From an uncultured Phycisphaerales bacterium (GTDB lineage Bacteria; Planctomycetota; Phycisphaerae; Sedimentisphaerales; Anaerobacaceae), in assembly GCA_963718665.1 (NCBI GenBank), contig OY970359.1, positions 1,056,001-1,120,000 on the forward strand: 64,000 bases of DNA, written 5' to 3'. Made by a program: the position numbers and the translations under genes. The notes below the pieces were generated by a model that saw only the letters and a list, made by a program, of their open reading frames with translations, had not been told where the DNA came from and ran no database searches. This document shows, piece after piece, positions 9,205 to 19,909 of the stretch. The stretch's first letter is position 1. Each line of letters opens with the position of its first letter.

Positions 9205-11490
9205 ATGGCGGAAAAAATAGGGTCGGTCTGGGCAATCGACATAGGCAACACCTCGCTTAAGGCCCTCCGACTTAGCAACGAATCCGGCACACTCGAAGTT
9301 ACCGGCTTCGAACATATCCAGCACGGCAAAGTCCTTTCCGGCTCAGGCATCAAGGACCAGGAAAAGCAGGAGCTTATCGCCATTTCCCTTCGCCAGTTTG
9401 TCCAGCAAAACGACCTCGGAAAAGATGAAATCATCATTGCTGTCCCCAGCGCAAACAGTTTCGCCCGTTTTGTCAATCTCCCGCCCGTCGAGAAAAAACG
9501 CATCCCCGAAATCGTCAAGTTCGAAGCCAGCCAGCAGATTCCCTTTGATATCAACGAGGTTGCATGGGATTGGCAGATGATGACGGAAGAGGGGGCGGCG
9601 GAAGCGAAGGTGGGGATATTCGCGATAAAAAACGACGTTGTGACGGCTGAGCTTGAGCACTTCAGCAGAGAAGATTTGGAGGTAACATACGTTCAGATAG
9701 TGCCGATGGCGTTATATAACTATGTTTTTTATGACAGGCCCGACCTGATGAAATCCGATACTCAGGCGACGGTGGTTCTGAATATTGGCGCCGAAACAAC
9801 GGACCTTGTGGTCTGCACGAAATCGGACGTGTGGCAGCGTGCGATTGCGATGGGGGGCAACGCGTTTACCAAGGCGATAGCGGATACGTTCAAGCTGAAT
9901 TTTGAGAAGGCGGAGAAGCTAAAACGGACGGCGCCGATGAGCAAATATGCCAGGCAGATATTGCAGGCGATGAAGCCGGTGTTTACGGATTTGGCGTCGG
10001 AAATTCAGCGTTCACTTGGATTTTATATCAGCTCTCATTCGAATGTGAAGCTAACGAGAGTTATCGCGATGGGCGGCGGCACAAAGATGCGAGGATTGCT
10101 GCAATACCTTCAGCAAAGTTTGCAGATGCCTATAGAGCGTCCAGACGCGTTCAAGCAGGTTGCAATTAACTCGTCGATTTCGGCTGCGAAGTTCCACGAG
10201 AGCGTATGCGATTTTGGCGTAGTTTACGGGCTTGGGGTGCAGGCACTTGGTCTTGGACAGATAGAAAGTAACCTGCTGCCGAAGAGTATAGCCAAATCAA
10301 TGATTTGGGCGAGCAAGACGAAATATTTTGTGCTGGCGGCATGTCTGATATTAGTGGCATCGATTTTGGCGTTCGCCAAGACGCTTGTAGACCGCGCCAG
10401 CTACGCCGGCAAGGTATCGCAGAGGGAGAAAATCAAGGCAGTGCTGAATATGGCGCAGAAAGCGGAGAGCGATTTAAAGGCCGAAGAGGCCAAGTCCAGC
10501 GAGTCAGAGGCGATAATAAAGAAGGAATTCGAGCAGTTCAAATATAGAGATATGGTTCCTTTGCTTTATCAGAAGCTGATAGCGACACTGCCTAACGCCA
10601 AGAGCAATCCAGAGCAGGCGGAGTTATACCGAGCTTTTGCCGGCGGTGACGCCGAGACGATAAAGGAGAAATATCCTGACCGCAGTGAGCGTAAGCAGAT
10701 TTTCGTAACCGGGATGACTATTTATTACACGCTGGATATCGCGAGCGGTCAGTTCGGGGTGATGGGTTTCGAGAAAGGTCTTGATGCAAGAGAGCCAGGT
10801 GCGGGAGGCATGATGGGCGGCAGGAATGCAATGCCCGACAGGAGTGGGATGACGAGGGGCGGTGCTGCCGGTCGTCGCGGCGGCGGCAGAGGGACGCTGG
10901 AGGCGCGAGGCAGAGGGGCAGGGGTACCGACACCCGGCGGCGCAACACCGCGAGGTTTTGTCGTAACGATAACCGGGTACAGTCCTTATAAGAATATAAG
11001 CGAGCTGCTGGACCCTGTCGGCGTCAAGAACGACCAGAATCAGTGGGGATTAGTTACCCGGCTGATGCATTTGAACAGTATGTTTGACGGCAACAGTCCT
11101 TTTGAGCTTTACAAGAAGACGGACAAACAGCATTTTGACTTTCAGACGGGGGAAGTAGATTTGGCGGCGGAGATGCCTCCCGGTATAGGGGTCAAGAAGA
11201 AAATAGAGGGCAAGGACGATGTGTTAATTGACCCGATGACCAATGAGATAATAAGCAAAATTACGAATGCTGATAAAACCGCGCAGGTAAACGACTCCTG
11301 GTTTGTGCTGAACTTTAAACTTAAGTGGAAGGATACAAACGAGCCACCGAGTGAAGCGGTCGCGCCCCCAGGCGTGCTCCTAGGCAAGCCACCAGGCGGC
11401 CAGCCAGCGCCACCTCCAAATAGCGGTCGCAAGTCACAATCTCCTAAACCTAAAGGCGGCGGTGGTGGCGGCGGCGGGGAAATGGAATAA
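9205..11490 (+). CDS. pilM: Type IV pilus assembly protein PilM with a fused PilN-like C-terminal extension
   Basis: WAIDIG..SLKA, FEASQQIPF, LNIGAETT and GGG motifs, then NLLP + TM + long periplasmic part. Confidence 0.85.
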   Translation: MAEKIGSVWAIDIGNTSLKALRLSNESGTLEVTGFEHIQHGKVLSGSGIKDQEKQELIAISLRQFVQQNDLGKDEIIIAVPSANSFARFVNLPPVEKKRIPEIVKFEASQQIPFDINEVAWDWQMMTEEGAAEAKVGIFAIKNDVVTAELEHFSREDLEVTYVQIVPMALYNYVFYDRPDLMKSDTQATVVLNIGAETTDLVVCTKSDVWQRAIAMGGNAFTKAIADTFKLNFEKAEKLKRTAPMSKYARQILQAMKPVFTDLASEIQRSLGFYISSHSNVKLTRVIAMGGGTKMRGLLQYLQQSLQMPIERPDAFKQVAINSSISAAKFHESVCDFGVVYGLGVQALGLGQIESNLLPKSIAKSMIWASKTKYFVLAACLILVASILAFAKTLVDRASYAGKVSQREKIKAVLNMAQKAESDLKAEEAKSSESEAIIKKEFEQFKYRDMVPLLYQKLIATLPNAKSNPEQAELYRAFAGGDAETIKEKYPDRSERKQIFVTGMTIYYTLDIASGQFGVMGFEKGLDAREPGAGGMMGGRNAMPDRSGMTRGGAAGRRGGGRGTLEARGRGAGVPTPGGATPRGFVVTITGYSPYKNISELLDPVGVKNDQNQWGLVTRLMHLNSMFDGNSPFELYKKTDKQHFDFQTGEVDLAAEMPPGIGVKKKIEGKDDVLIDPMTNEIISKITNADKTAQVNDSWFVLNFKLKWKDTNEPPSEAVAPPGVLLGKPPGGQPAPPPNSGRKSQSPKPKGGGGGGGGEME

Positions 11491-11545
11491 CTCGCGGTGA
11501 AGAAATTCTGTTTTTAGCATAATGTTTTACTGATGGTGATGGTGA

Positions 11546-12796
11546 ATGGCCAAGATTAACATTGACATATCAAAATTGAAAGATTTGCTGAAGGTGTTTG
11601 GTGGATTTCGGGCATATTCTGTATTGATTTGGCCCGCGATAATAGTTTTGGCCTGCGGGGCCGTTCTTACGGCGACAGTATTGCTTGGCAGGGGCCTAAA
11701 GCAAAAGGTTAGCAATGAAAGTGTGCCGATAGGCAATAAGGTGCTTAGTCAGTTGAAGAGTTCGCCGGCGGCGAAGCAAGCCGAGGTGGAAAAGCGGTAT
11801 CAGGAGGCATACCAGCAGGACGCCAATTTCATACAACAATTGTCAGTGCAGGGTTCTGAGCGTGAGCTTCTGAGTTACGACATATTTCCTCAACCCAAGG
11901 ATACATCGACCTTGCTATTCACCCGGTTCGGGGAGAATTATCGTCATGGAATCGAGGCAATGATAAAGAAGGTCAACGGTCACGATTGTCCCAGTGCAGA
12001 TGAGATAAGGGCTGCAACGGAGACGGGTAAAAGCTCCGGGTCTTCAAGGTTGAGCGGGGACAGTGACGCAACGGCAAGGATTATCGATGAGATTTGTCGG
12101 GCCAGGGCGAAGTCGTCGTCGGTATATGCGAGTCCTGACATCGTGAGCGGATATGATTTTTGGAAGACGTACAAGTATTCCAATGCAGATGATAGCATCA
12201 AGGACTGCTGGTTCTGGCAGATTGGTTACTGGATAATAGAGGATGTGTTTACCACGGTGGAGAAAATGAACGCCGGTTCGAGCAGCATATCCAGTTCTCC
12301 TGTGAAGCGAGTGGAGCGGGTCGGTTTTTTGACGCCAGACGCTCTTTTTATGGCCGGAAGCACCGGTGCCAGCGGGGGTTTGAAAGTGGCGCAGGACAGG
12401 CCTAAGTACGTGACCAGGCCGGAGGAGCAGTTGACAGAGTCGTTTACCGGTCGCATAAGCAACGAAAGTATGGATGTGGTGCATTTTAGTATGGTTGTAG
12501 TGTTGAGCACCAAAGCGATAGTGCCTTTTATGCGGGAGTTGTGCAGCGCCAAGGAGCACAGTTTCAGCGGATTCACGGGCCAGGAACCGGCGAAAGTTTT
12601 CAAGCACAACCAGATAACGATTTTGGAGTGCCGTGTTAAGCCGGTGGTTCCGCTATACAGCGACCAATATTACAGATATGGGACTGAATCAGTGGCCGAA
12701 GTTGAAATGGTTTGCGAATATATATTCAACAAGCAGGGTTATGACGCGATAAAACCGGAGTCGATAAAGAGTCCCGTGGCCAAAACGGGCAATTAG
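11546..12796 (+). CDS. PilO-like membrane-anchored protein of the pilM operon
   Basis: N-terminal TM, coiled region, CWFWQIGYWIIED; position directly after pilM. Confidence 0.55.
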   Translation: MAKINIDISKLKDLLKVFGGFRAYSVLIWPAIIVLACGAVLTATVLLGRGLKQKVSNESVPIGNKVLSQLKSSPAAKQAEVEKRYQEAYQQDANFIQQLSVQGSERELLSYDIFPQPKDTSTLLFTRFGENYRHGIEAMIKKVNGHDCPSADEIRAATETGKSSGSSRLSGDSDATARIIDEICRARAKSSSVYASPDIVSGYDFWKTYKYSNADDSIKDCWFWQIGYWIIEDVFTTVEKMNAGSSSISSSPVKRVERVGFLTPDALFMAGSTGASGGLKVAQDRPKYVTRPEEQLTESFTGRISNESMDVVHFSMVVVLSTKAIVPFMRELCSAKEHSFSGFTGQEPAKVFKHNQITILECRVKPVVPLYSDQYYRYGTESVAEVEMVCEYIFNKQGYDAIKPESIKSPVAKTGN

Positions 12797-12873
12797 AAAC
12801 GGCGTCTGATTGAGTTTGCCGGAGCAGAGTTGCGACGAATCGGGACTTCGGAGAACGTAAGGATTTTGGAATT

Positions 12874-14912
12874 ATGATAAAAAAACAAGGCAATTTCATA
12901 GAATCGCATATAGAAAAGGCAGTGTTGTTAATAGGCGTTCTTGCGCGCTGTACATTGTGTATGCGTTTGTTCTGAGTAACGTGGAAAAGGTCCCATTCAA
13001 CGGCCAGAGTTTTAGTCCCGGGCAGATTGATACATACATAGCGGAGCAATCAGACAAGCTTCAATCTCAGCTGGAGAGGGAGCCGAGTCTCAAGCCGGCA
13101 TATATACCTCAAAGCAAAGTTTTTCTGGAAAAAATGAATTCGGTGCTGGACAAAAATTTGAATGTGTTCTGGCCTGTGCCGAGTTCCATAGAGATGACGG
13201 TGGACAAGAGATATCGCATCCCGACGGTCGGTGAAGTAAATGATGTATTAGTGGGGCACATAAGAGCTGCGGCGTACCTTCCGAAGGTTGCGATTACCCA
13301 GGAGAATGTCGGGTCCGAAGATTCATATGAGCCGAACGACCTTGATTTAGTTACGGTCCAGGGGAATTTTGACCTTGGTTCGCTGATAGACAGTTTTCAG
13401 GAATGTTTTGCTGGCAAAGGAGTTCCTGAGGGCTGGCGTGATAAAGGTCTGGCCAGGCCGGTGTTTGCGGGTGTTGGGCTTCAAAGGCAGCGTCTTGATG
13501 AAAATGGGGAATGGAGCCAGTGGGAAGACATTCCACGTTTGCGGATAGACCCCAAGCGAAACACATACAAGATAATAGATGATGTTAATGATCTTCCGAT
13601 GGGCGGAGTTATGGTTCAGATTGCGCAGTTGGGCGACCAGCGGACGCAGGTGAGTATGCTTCAGCCGGAGCCGTACAGGATAGCGTCTGCGGAGGATAAC
13701 TGGCTGCCACCTGTATTGCACGAGAAGTTTTTAACGGTTCGTCGAGAGAAAGAGGCACAGGAGCGTCGTGAGGCGGCAACGGAGCGTGAAACCAAAACGG
13801 CAGAAGAACGTGAAAAGACGACAACGACGCGTTCGTCCCGTGAGGAACGTGGAACCGGAGTATCCGGCGGTGGTCGCGGCACAACAACAGGGCAAACGAT
13901 GGGCGGCGCAGGCAGAGGCGCGGCGGGTGGAGGCGGTGCCGCCAGAGGTCCGGTCGGCGGTGGAGTCGCCAGAGGTCCAGTCGGCGGTGCAGGAGGCCGT
14001 CCGACGGCAGCAGAAAGCGGTGTTTCTCGCAACACTCAGAGAACTACGAGCCGGACAGACACGCGTACTGAAGCGACGACGGCCGAGCAGAAGAAGATTG
14101 CCAAGACGACAGTAACAGAGGCGACAATAAACGAAGAACTGAGAAAGATGCTGCTGAGGAACAAGGATTTAAGCAGTTTGCATGAGACGATAACATTCTG
14201 GGCATATGATGATACAGTGGAGCCGGGGGCGAGCTATCGTTATCGAATTCGCATCGGGGTATTCAATCCTGTGGCCGGGACCGGCCAAGTGCTGGCGGAA
14301 GACGCGGCGAGTAACAGCAAAGTAATATTATGGAGCGATTTTTCGGAAGAGACGGACATAGTTGATATTCCCAAACGGCTGTATTTCTTCCCGACAAACG
14401 TTCAGGAAGCTGCAAAGGCCGTAGAGGTTCAGGTTTGCAAATACGTGATGGGTTATTGGTACAGCGAGCAGTTTATGGTCAAACGCGGAGATATCATAGG
14501 CAAGATAGCAAAGGTTGAGATTAGCGAGAAAGACAAAGACAAGACCGCAGACGTGAAGCTGCCTGAGGCGATAGATTACACAACTGGAGCGATTGTGGTG
14601 GACGTGGTGGCAATGAATGACTGGTTCGGAGACAAAACTCTGCAGTCGCAGCAGTATTTTGACGTATTGTTCAGTTTTGACGGAATGAGGGTGGACAGGT
14701 TGCCTGCGAAACTGATGAACTGGCCCGAGGATTTACGTTTGAAGTATAGCGAATTAAAGTCGCTGGAGAAAAAGACCAAAGCGCCATTGCGTGACTGGAA
14801 CAGCGCCAGCGTGCTGGAGGGAAGCCAGCGTGCTGCGCCCGGCGGCAGAGGGCCAATGGACAGGGGCGGCAATATGCAGGACACAATGCCAAACAGGGGG
14901 CCTATGCGGTAA
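12874..14912 (+). CDS. Third pilM-operon protein (TM, Gly/Arg-rich linker, YRYRIRI beta domain), frameshifted near 12945
   Basis: ATG 12874 gives MIKKQGNFIESHIEKAVLLIGVLA, continuing in another frame as ALYIVYAFVL into ORF 12957-14912. Confidence 0.65.
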
Positions 14913-14923
14913 AATCAAGGGTG

Positions 14924-15988
14924 TTAGTCCTTTGGGCAATTAGCTGTAAGGACAACGCAGCCGTCTTTTGTGACTAAACAATCGTCTTCGATTCTGACTC
15001 CGAGGCGTCCGGGGATATAAACGCCCGGTTCAATTGTAATCACATCGCCTGCCTGTAATTTTCCTTTTGCTTTGCCTGATATGGCGGGCAGCTCGTGTAC
15101 CTCCAGGCCAAGTCCGTGCCCGGTTCCGTGGCCATAAACAGGCAGGTCTGCTTTTTTTATAATTTCCCGCGCAGTTGTATCGAGCTGGCTGATTTCGACT
15201 CCAGCTTTGACCATTCTTATGGCGGCGGCCTGTGCCTGTTTTACGACGGCGTAAACTTCGTTATAAAGCCCGCTGGGTGTGCCGACAGAAAAGCACCTGG
15301 TCAAATCACAGCAGTAGCCGTCGAGGCGCACACCGAAGTCGATGAGGATGGTATCATTTTTTCTTAATTTGCGCGAGGTAGGCTGGTGATGAGGTCTTGA
15401 GGCATTGGGGCCAAAGGCGACAATTGTTTCAAAGCTGTTTGCACCCCCGGCTTTTCTGATTTCAAAATCGACAATTCCCGCCAGAACGTTTTCCGTAAGC
15501 CCAGGTTTAACCTGTCGGAGGACGCGTTCGAATGCCCGTGCGGCGATTTTGGCGGCGGCGCGAACGGCGGCAACCTCGACCCGGTCTTTTTCCCGGCGTG
15601 CTGATTCGACGATACCTTCGGCGGCCTTCAGTCGGCAGGACAGGTTTTTCTTCAGCAACTGGAAATTGGCGAGCGATATTGATTTTTCGACGGCGGCGGT
15701 TTTGATTCCGCGTTGCTTTCGCAGCAGTTCGGCGACAGTGTTACCCATCGCTGCGGTGCGTTCGACGATTTTGCAGAATGGGCACTGGGTAACGGCCTGT
15801 TCGGTGTATCTGCTGTCGGTTACAAGCACGACTGCGCGAGGCAGAACAATCGCCCAACTATCTTCGCCGCTAAAGCCGGTGAGATAGGTAACGTTGGGGG
15901 GGGGTGCGGCGATGAGACAATCCGCGCCGGCCCGGGTAATCGCGGCCCGGATGCCCTTAAGGCGGGTTTTATATGCGTGCTTATCCAT
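14924..15988 (-). CDS. Xaa-Pro aminopeptidase (M24B family)
   Basis: YLTGF, DSRY, PHH, DLTR, HGTGHGLGLEVHE, IEPGVY and GVRIEDD motifs. Confidence 0.95.
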   Translation of the reverse strand: MDKHAYKTRLKGIRAAITRAGADCLIAAPPPNVTYLTGFSGEDSWAIVLPRAVVLVTDSRYTEQAVTQCPFCKIVERTAAMGNTVAELLRKQRGIKTAAVEKSISLANFQLLKKNLSCRLKAAEGIVESARREKDRVEVAAVRAAAKIAARAFERVLRQVKPGLTENVLAGIVDFEIRKAGGANSFETIVAFGPNASRPHHQPTSRKLRKNDTILIDFGVRLDGYCCDLTRCFSVGTPSGLYNEVYAVVKQAQAAAIRMVKAGVEISQLDTTAREIIKKADLPVYGHGTGHGLGLEVHELPAISGKAKGKLQAGDVITIEPGVYIPGRLGVRIEDDCLVTKDGCVVLTANCPKD

Positions 15989-16200
15989 TCGTAAAAATTC
16001 TCCAGTCAAAAACCTGATGCCATTATTAACAGCAAGGGCGGCAAAAATAAAGATTTTTCCCGCGTTGATTTGGAGGCGGGGAATTCTTTTACTATAATTT
16101 GGTTAATTGGATTGATCCGGATGGATGAGGAAAGCCGGTCAAAAATAGAGCATATCGCCTCGCAATAATAACTTTAACGAGTAAAGTAGGAGGAAACACA

Positions 16201-16320
16201 ATGAAACGTATAGCATTAGTTGCTGTTATGCTGCTAATAGCAGCGTTATCCTGGACCATATCCACGTATGATACAGGCAGAAGCCAGATTGTGGTAGTGA
16301 GCTATTGCTGGAGATTTTAG
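16201..16320 (+). CDS. Putative 39-aa small exported or membrane peptide
   Basis: AGGAGG RBS; MKRIALVAVMLLIAALSWTISTYDTGRSQIVVVSYCWRF*; terminator downstream. Confidence 0.5.
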   Translation: MKRIALVAVMLLIAALSWTISTYDTGRSQIVVVSYCWRF

Positions 16321-16400
16321 GATAGCTTACGACGATGGATAAGCTGATTGATATCCCGTTTTAGTTATTACACGCAGGAAAACTTACCATAGTTCACCTG

Positions 16401-16432
16401 AAACAGGACGGCTGAAGTCGTCCTGTTTTTTT
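16401..16432 (+). terminator. Intrinsic terminator
   Basis: AAACAGGACGGC-TGAA-GTCGTCCTGTTT followed by a T run. Confidence 0.8.
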
Positions 16433-16514
16433 ATGTCTTGCCCGCCCGGCGGAAAGCCCTTACAATGCTGCCCTTTGAATTGTCCTGCTTTTTCAAAGGT
16501 AAACGGAATCCATT

Positions 16515-17675
16515 ATGCTGCTGCCTATACGAACAAATGTCAGGTGCTACAGAACACCATACGCCAATTACGCCATCATAGCCGTAAATGTGATTGTGTT
16601 TCTGCTGAGCTACTGGCCCGATGGGCAGGCAAGAGAAATTCTGCGTCCCTGGGCGGAACGGTTTGTTTTCATGCCTGCTCACCCGTTTTTGTGGCAGTTT
16701 ATCACTTACGCTTTTCTGCACGCCAACATGCTGCACATTTTCGGCAACATGTTCTTTTTGTACATCTTCGGCAATAACGTAAACGACAAGCTCGGTCATT
16801 TCGGCTACACGTGCTTTTACTTAGCGGGCGCGGTATTCAGCGCGGTGGGCCATACGCTGATAAACAGCAACCCGGTTATGGGCGCCAGCGGCGCGGTGGC
16901 CGCGGTTACGGGGGCGTATCTTGTGCTGTTCCCGCAGACCCTTATAACTATCGTTTACTGGTTTATCTTCATCGGCACGGTTGATGTTCCAGCCCTTTAC
17001 TTTATCGCATTCAAGATGATTATTTTCGATAACGTCATCGGGCGATACACGTCTAACGTCGCCTATGATGCGCATATTGCGGGTTATTCGTTCGGCATCG
17101 TTTCATCGCTGTTTCTGCTGGCGACAGGGTTGTTGAGCAGCTCGCAATTTGACCTTTGGGCGATGTTCAAGCAGTGGAACCGCAGGCGCGCATATCGCGA
17201 CGCGATTGCCACCGGCTATAACCCATACACAGGACAGGGCGGCACAAAACGGATTATGGCCAAAGAGATAACAAAGCCGGGGCCTGATGAGCCGCAGATC
17301 AGGCAGCTGCGCGAAGACATCGCCAACAGTATTTATCAGCACGACCTGCAAACAGCCGCTCAACAGTATCTTAATCTTATGTCACTCGACAGCGAACAGA
17401 TTCTGCCCCGCCAGCATTTGCTCGATATCGCCAACCAGCTTGCCAGCGAGGGTGAATATAAGCCGGCCGCGTCGGTTTACGAAAAATTTCTCACTCACTA
17501 CGCAAATTATGAGCATATTGAGCAGGTTGAGCTGATGCTGGGGATAATATACTCGCGGTATCTTGAGAAACCCGACCTTGCGTTAAATCATTTGCGTGCC
17601 GCAGAGAAAAAAATTGCCGACGCCGCCCAGTTATTAATGTGCCGGTCGGAAATCGAAAAACTGCAAAGCCGCTAA
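16515..17675 (+). CDS. Rhomboid intramembrane serine protease with TPR-like C-terminus
   Basis: FLHA..LHIFGNM, GASG and AYDAHIAG motifs. Confidence 0.92.
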   Translation: MLLPIRTNVRCYRTPYANYAIIAVNVIVFLLSYWPDGQAREILRPWAERFVFMPAHPFLWQFITYAFLHANMLHIFGNMFFLYIFGNNVNDKLGHFGYTCFYLAGAVFSAVGHTLINSNPVMGASGAVAAVTGAYLVLFPQTLITIVYWFIFIGTVDVPALYFIAFKMIIFDNVIGRYTSNVAYDAHIAGYSFGIVSSLFLLATGLLSSSQFDLWAMFKQWNRRRAYRDAIATGYNPYTGQGGTKRIMAKEITKPGPDEPQIRQLREDIANSIYQHDLQTAAQQYLNLMSLDSEQILPRQHLLDIANQLASEGEYKPAASVYEKFLTHYANYEHIEQVELMLGIIYSRYLEKPDLALNHLRAAEKKIADAAQLLMCRSEIEKLQSR

Positions 17676-17692
17676 CCTATCTGGTTACGATT

Positions 17693-18244
17693 CTATTTTT
17701 GCACCAGCATGTGCATCCAGTAAGCGAAGAAACCCGTCCAAGCCCAAATGGCCGAGGCGGCGAATAATACAAGTGAGCCAATGATACGCAGGCCCTTTTT
17801 GTCGTTCTGCCAAACCACGAGCGGCGAGAAAATGCCGCATATTCCGCTCAATATAAATCCGACGCCCGACAGAATCGGATGCGTTGTCAGGTTGAGGTCG
17901 ATTATCCGCACGCCAAGAAGCGCCGCTGCCGCACCTGCGAAAACGGCGTAAATCGATAAAGGCAAAAGTTTCCATCTTTTGGCTAATGTCAAAGCCAGGC
18001 CGAGCAAAAGCACGCCAAATAACACCGACATTTCGCCATAAGCCGAACTATATGGTTTGGGCAGCGGCCAGGTGAACGTAATCGCGAATCCGCCTATCGC
18101 GGCAACAAGGCCGGAGATTGTGAACGCGGGGACCCATCGGCCGGTATCTTCCGGGGTATCCAAATCACGCCAGACGAAACAGCCGAGCAGGAACAACCCC
18201 GCAGCCATATTTATCAGCATCAGCGTCAGATAATCAACCATCAT
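17693..18244 (-). CDS. DUF981 family membrane protein
   Basis: MMVDYLTLMLINM, TWPLP..Y...YGE, multiple TM helices. Confidence 0.8.
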   Translation of the reverse strand: MMVDYLTLMLINMAAGLFLLGCFVWRDLDTPEDTGRWVPAFTISGLVAAIGGFAITFTWPLPKPYSSAYGEMSVLFGVLLLGLALTLAKRWKLLPLSIYAVFAGAAAALLGVRIIDLNLTTHPILSGVGFILSGICGIFSPLVVWQNDKKGLRIIGSLVLFAASAIWAWTGFFAYWMHMLVQK

Positions 18245-18296
18245 AATTTTGTCTCCCAATCTCTTTACCTGTGCTCTTGATAAAAGTGCGTTCAGG

Positions 18297-18569
18297 TTAC
18301 CCGAAATTGTAGTGCTTTTTGACGGCCTTTTTGACCTGCCATTTACATTCGAGGTCAACGGGGAAGACGACGAAATCGCCGGGGCCGAAGCTGACAGACC
18401 CTTTGCCGTCGGTTACGGTGACGTCGCCCTCAAGTATGAGGCAGGTTTCCTTTTCGGTATATGCCCAGTCGAATTCGCTCGGCTTGCAAGTCCAGATAGG
18501 CCAGGTCTTGCAGGTTTTCTCTTCCTCTTTGGTGGGCTTTCGCACCACAACGTCTTTTATCGTCGGCAT
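18297..18569 (-). CDS. Cupin domain protein (DUF861-like)
   Basis: WPIW.C.PSEFDW.Y...ETCLILEG.V...FGPGD.V.FP...C.W.V...V.KHY. Confidence 0.9.
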   Translation of the reverse strand: MPTIKDVVVRKPTKEEEKTCKTWPIWTCKPSEFDWAYTEKETCLILEGDVTVTDGKGSVSFGPGDFVVFPVDLECKWQVKKAVKKHYNFG

Positions 18570-18717
18570 ATTTCGCTCCTTTATCATTTATCTCGGTTTC
18601 GCTGGGGATATTATATCCCTTCTGTTGTCTTTTGCAAACCCGCCGGCGAATTTTGTTTAATCGTTATGGTAAAATGGGCTGGTTTGCTTTACATTATTCG
18701 CTTTCTTTACTGTGTTT

Positions 18718-18821
18718 TGTCATTCCGAGCGACCCCGAGTTTGTCGAGGGGGAGTCGAGGAATCTATTTACTTTAACAGATTCCTCCGCTGCGCCCCTAT
18801 GGGGTTTCGGTCGGAATGACA
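18718..18821. repeat. REP-like composite palindrome (TGTCATTCCGA...TCGGAATGACA)
   Basis: Terminal inverted repeats plus inner GAGGAATCT/AGATTCCTC. Confidence 0.8.
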
Positions 18822-18837
18822 TGTAAGGTTTAGGAAT

Positions 18838-19623
18838 ATGAACAAAGAACAATTAAACGGATTCAAGGCGTGGTTTGATAAATTCGTCGCGGGGTTCTAT
18901 GGTAATGACGAATATATCAACGCCAATATAAAACTAAAGGAAGAGCACAGCGGGCGGGTATGCACTGAGATGCTTTATCTTGCGGACGAATTACACCCTG
19001 AAGGCAATCAGCGATTATTGGCGGAGACGATTGCGCTGTTTCACGACGTCGGGCGGTTTCCACAATTCGCCAAATACCAGACATATAGCGACCCGAAGAG
19101 CACTAACCACTGTCTTCTCGGCTTAGAGGTACTGCAAAAGGAAAATATCCTGGCGCAGTTGCCGGATGATGAAAGGGAAACAATCGAGACGGCGATTCGC
19201 TATCACGGCGAAAAGGAGCTGCCGAATAATCTTACGGGCGATACGCTGCTGTTTTCCAAGATGATACGCGACGCGGACAAGTTAGATATTTTTAACGTGG
19301 TGATAAAGGCGTATATCCAGCAAAGAGACGACCCGGATAATTTCAAGCTGGAGATTGAGATGCCCGATGAGCCGGGATTCACGCCTGAGGTGCTTGAGGC
19401 GATTCTGACGGGCAGGCGGATTGATTATAAGATGCTGCGAACATGGAACGATATGAAGCTGTGCATACTCGGCTGGGTTTACGATGTTAATTTTGTTCCC
19501 ACGCTACGCCGATTGAAAGAGAGGCGATACCTCGAAACTATTTTTGAATTCCTCCCCCGTACCCCCGATATCCGCAAAGTCCGCGATAAAATCTTCGAGT
19601 ACGTTGATTCACGGGTTAAATGA
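18838..19623 (+). CDS. HD-domain phosphohydrolase
   Basis: KEEHS, FHDVGRF.QF, IRYH and IRDADKLD motifs. Confidence 0.9.
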   Translation: MNKEQLNGFKAWFDKFVAGFYGNDEYINANIKLKEEHSGRVCTEMLYLADELHPEGNQRLLAETIALFHDVGRFPQFAKYQTYSDPKSTNHCLLGLEVLQKENILAQLPDDERETIETAIRYHGEKELPNNLTGDTLLFSKMIRDADKLDIFNVVIKAYIQQRDDPDNFKLEIEMPDEPGFTPEVLEAILTGRRIDYKMLRTWNDMKLCILGWVYDVNFVPTLRRLKERRYLETIFEFLPRTPDIRKVRDKIFEYVDSRVK

Positions 19624-19747
19624 CCAAATCTCGCCAACTTCTTATATAACAAGCACTTATGGGTAATTTGGTTGTGCTTGTATCTTTGGTCCGGCACCTG
19701 CGGTTTTCACCGTCATCAAGATAGACAACGCTCCTTTTATTTTCCCA

Positions 19748-19853
19748 AGCACAGAATTCCGGCTGGACACGTATAAAAATATGAGACGAGTGGTGCTCGT
19801 CCGAGCTGTCGGCGCACATTTTCTTCAGCGTAGGCTGGCAGCTCTGTTTTTTT
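19748..19853 (+). ncRNA. Candidate small RNA, copy A (promoter-like motif + two hairpins + U tail)
   Basis: AGCACAGAATT-N9-CACGTATA, then GACGAG/CTCGTC and GAGCTGTCGGC/GCTGGCAGCTC + T run; homologous to copies B and C. Confidence 0.6.
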
Positions 19854-19909
19854 CAGGTTTCACCGCCTGGCTGTCACCTGCAAAAGCAAATCTACTTTTA
19901 GTTTTTTGA

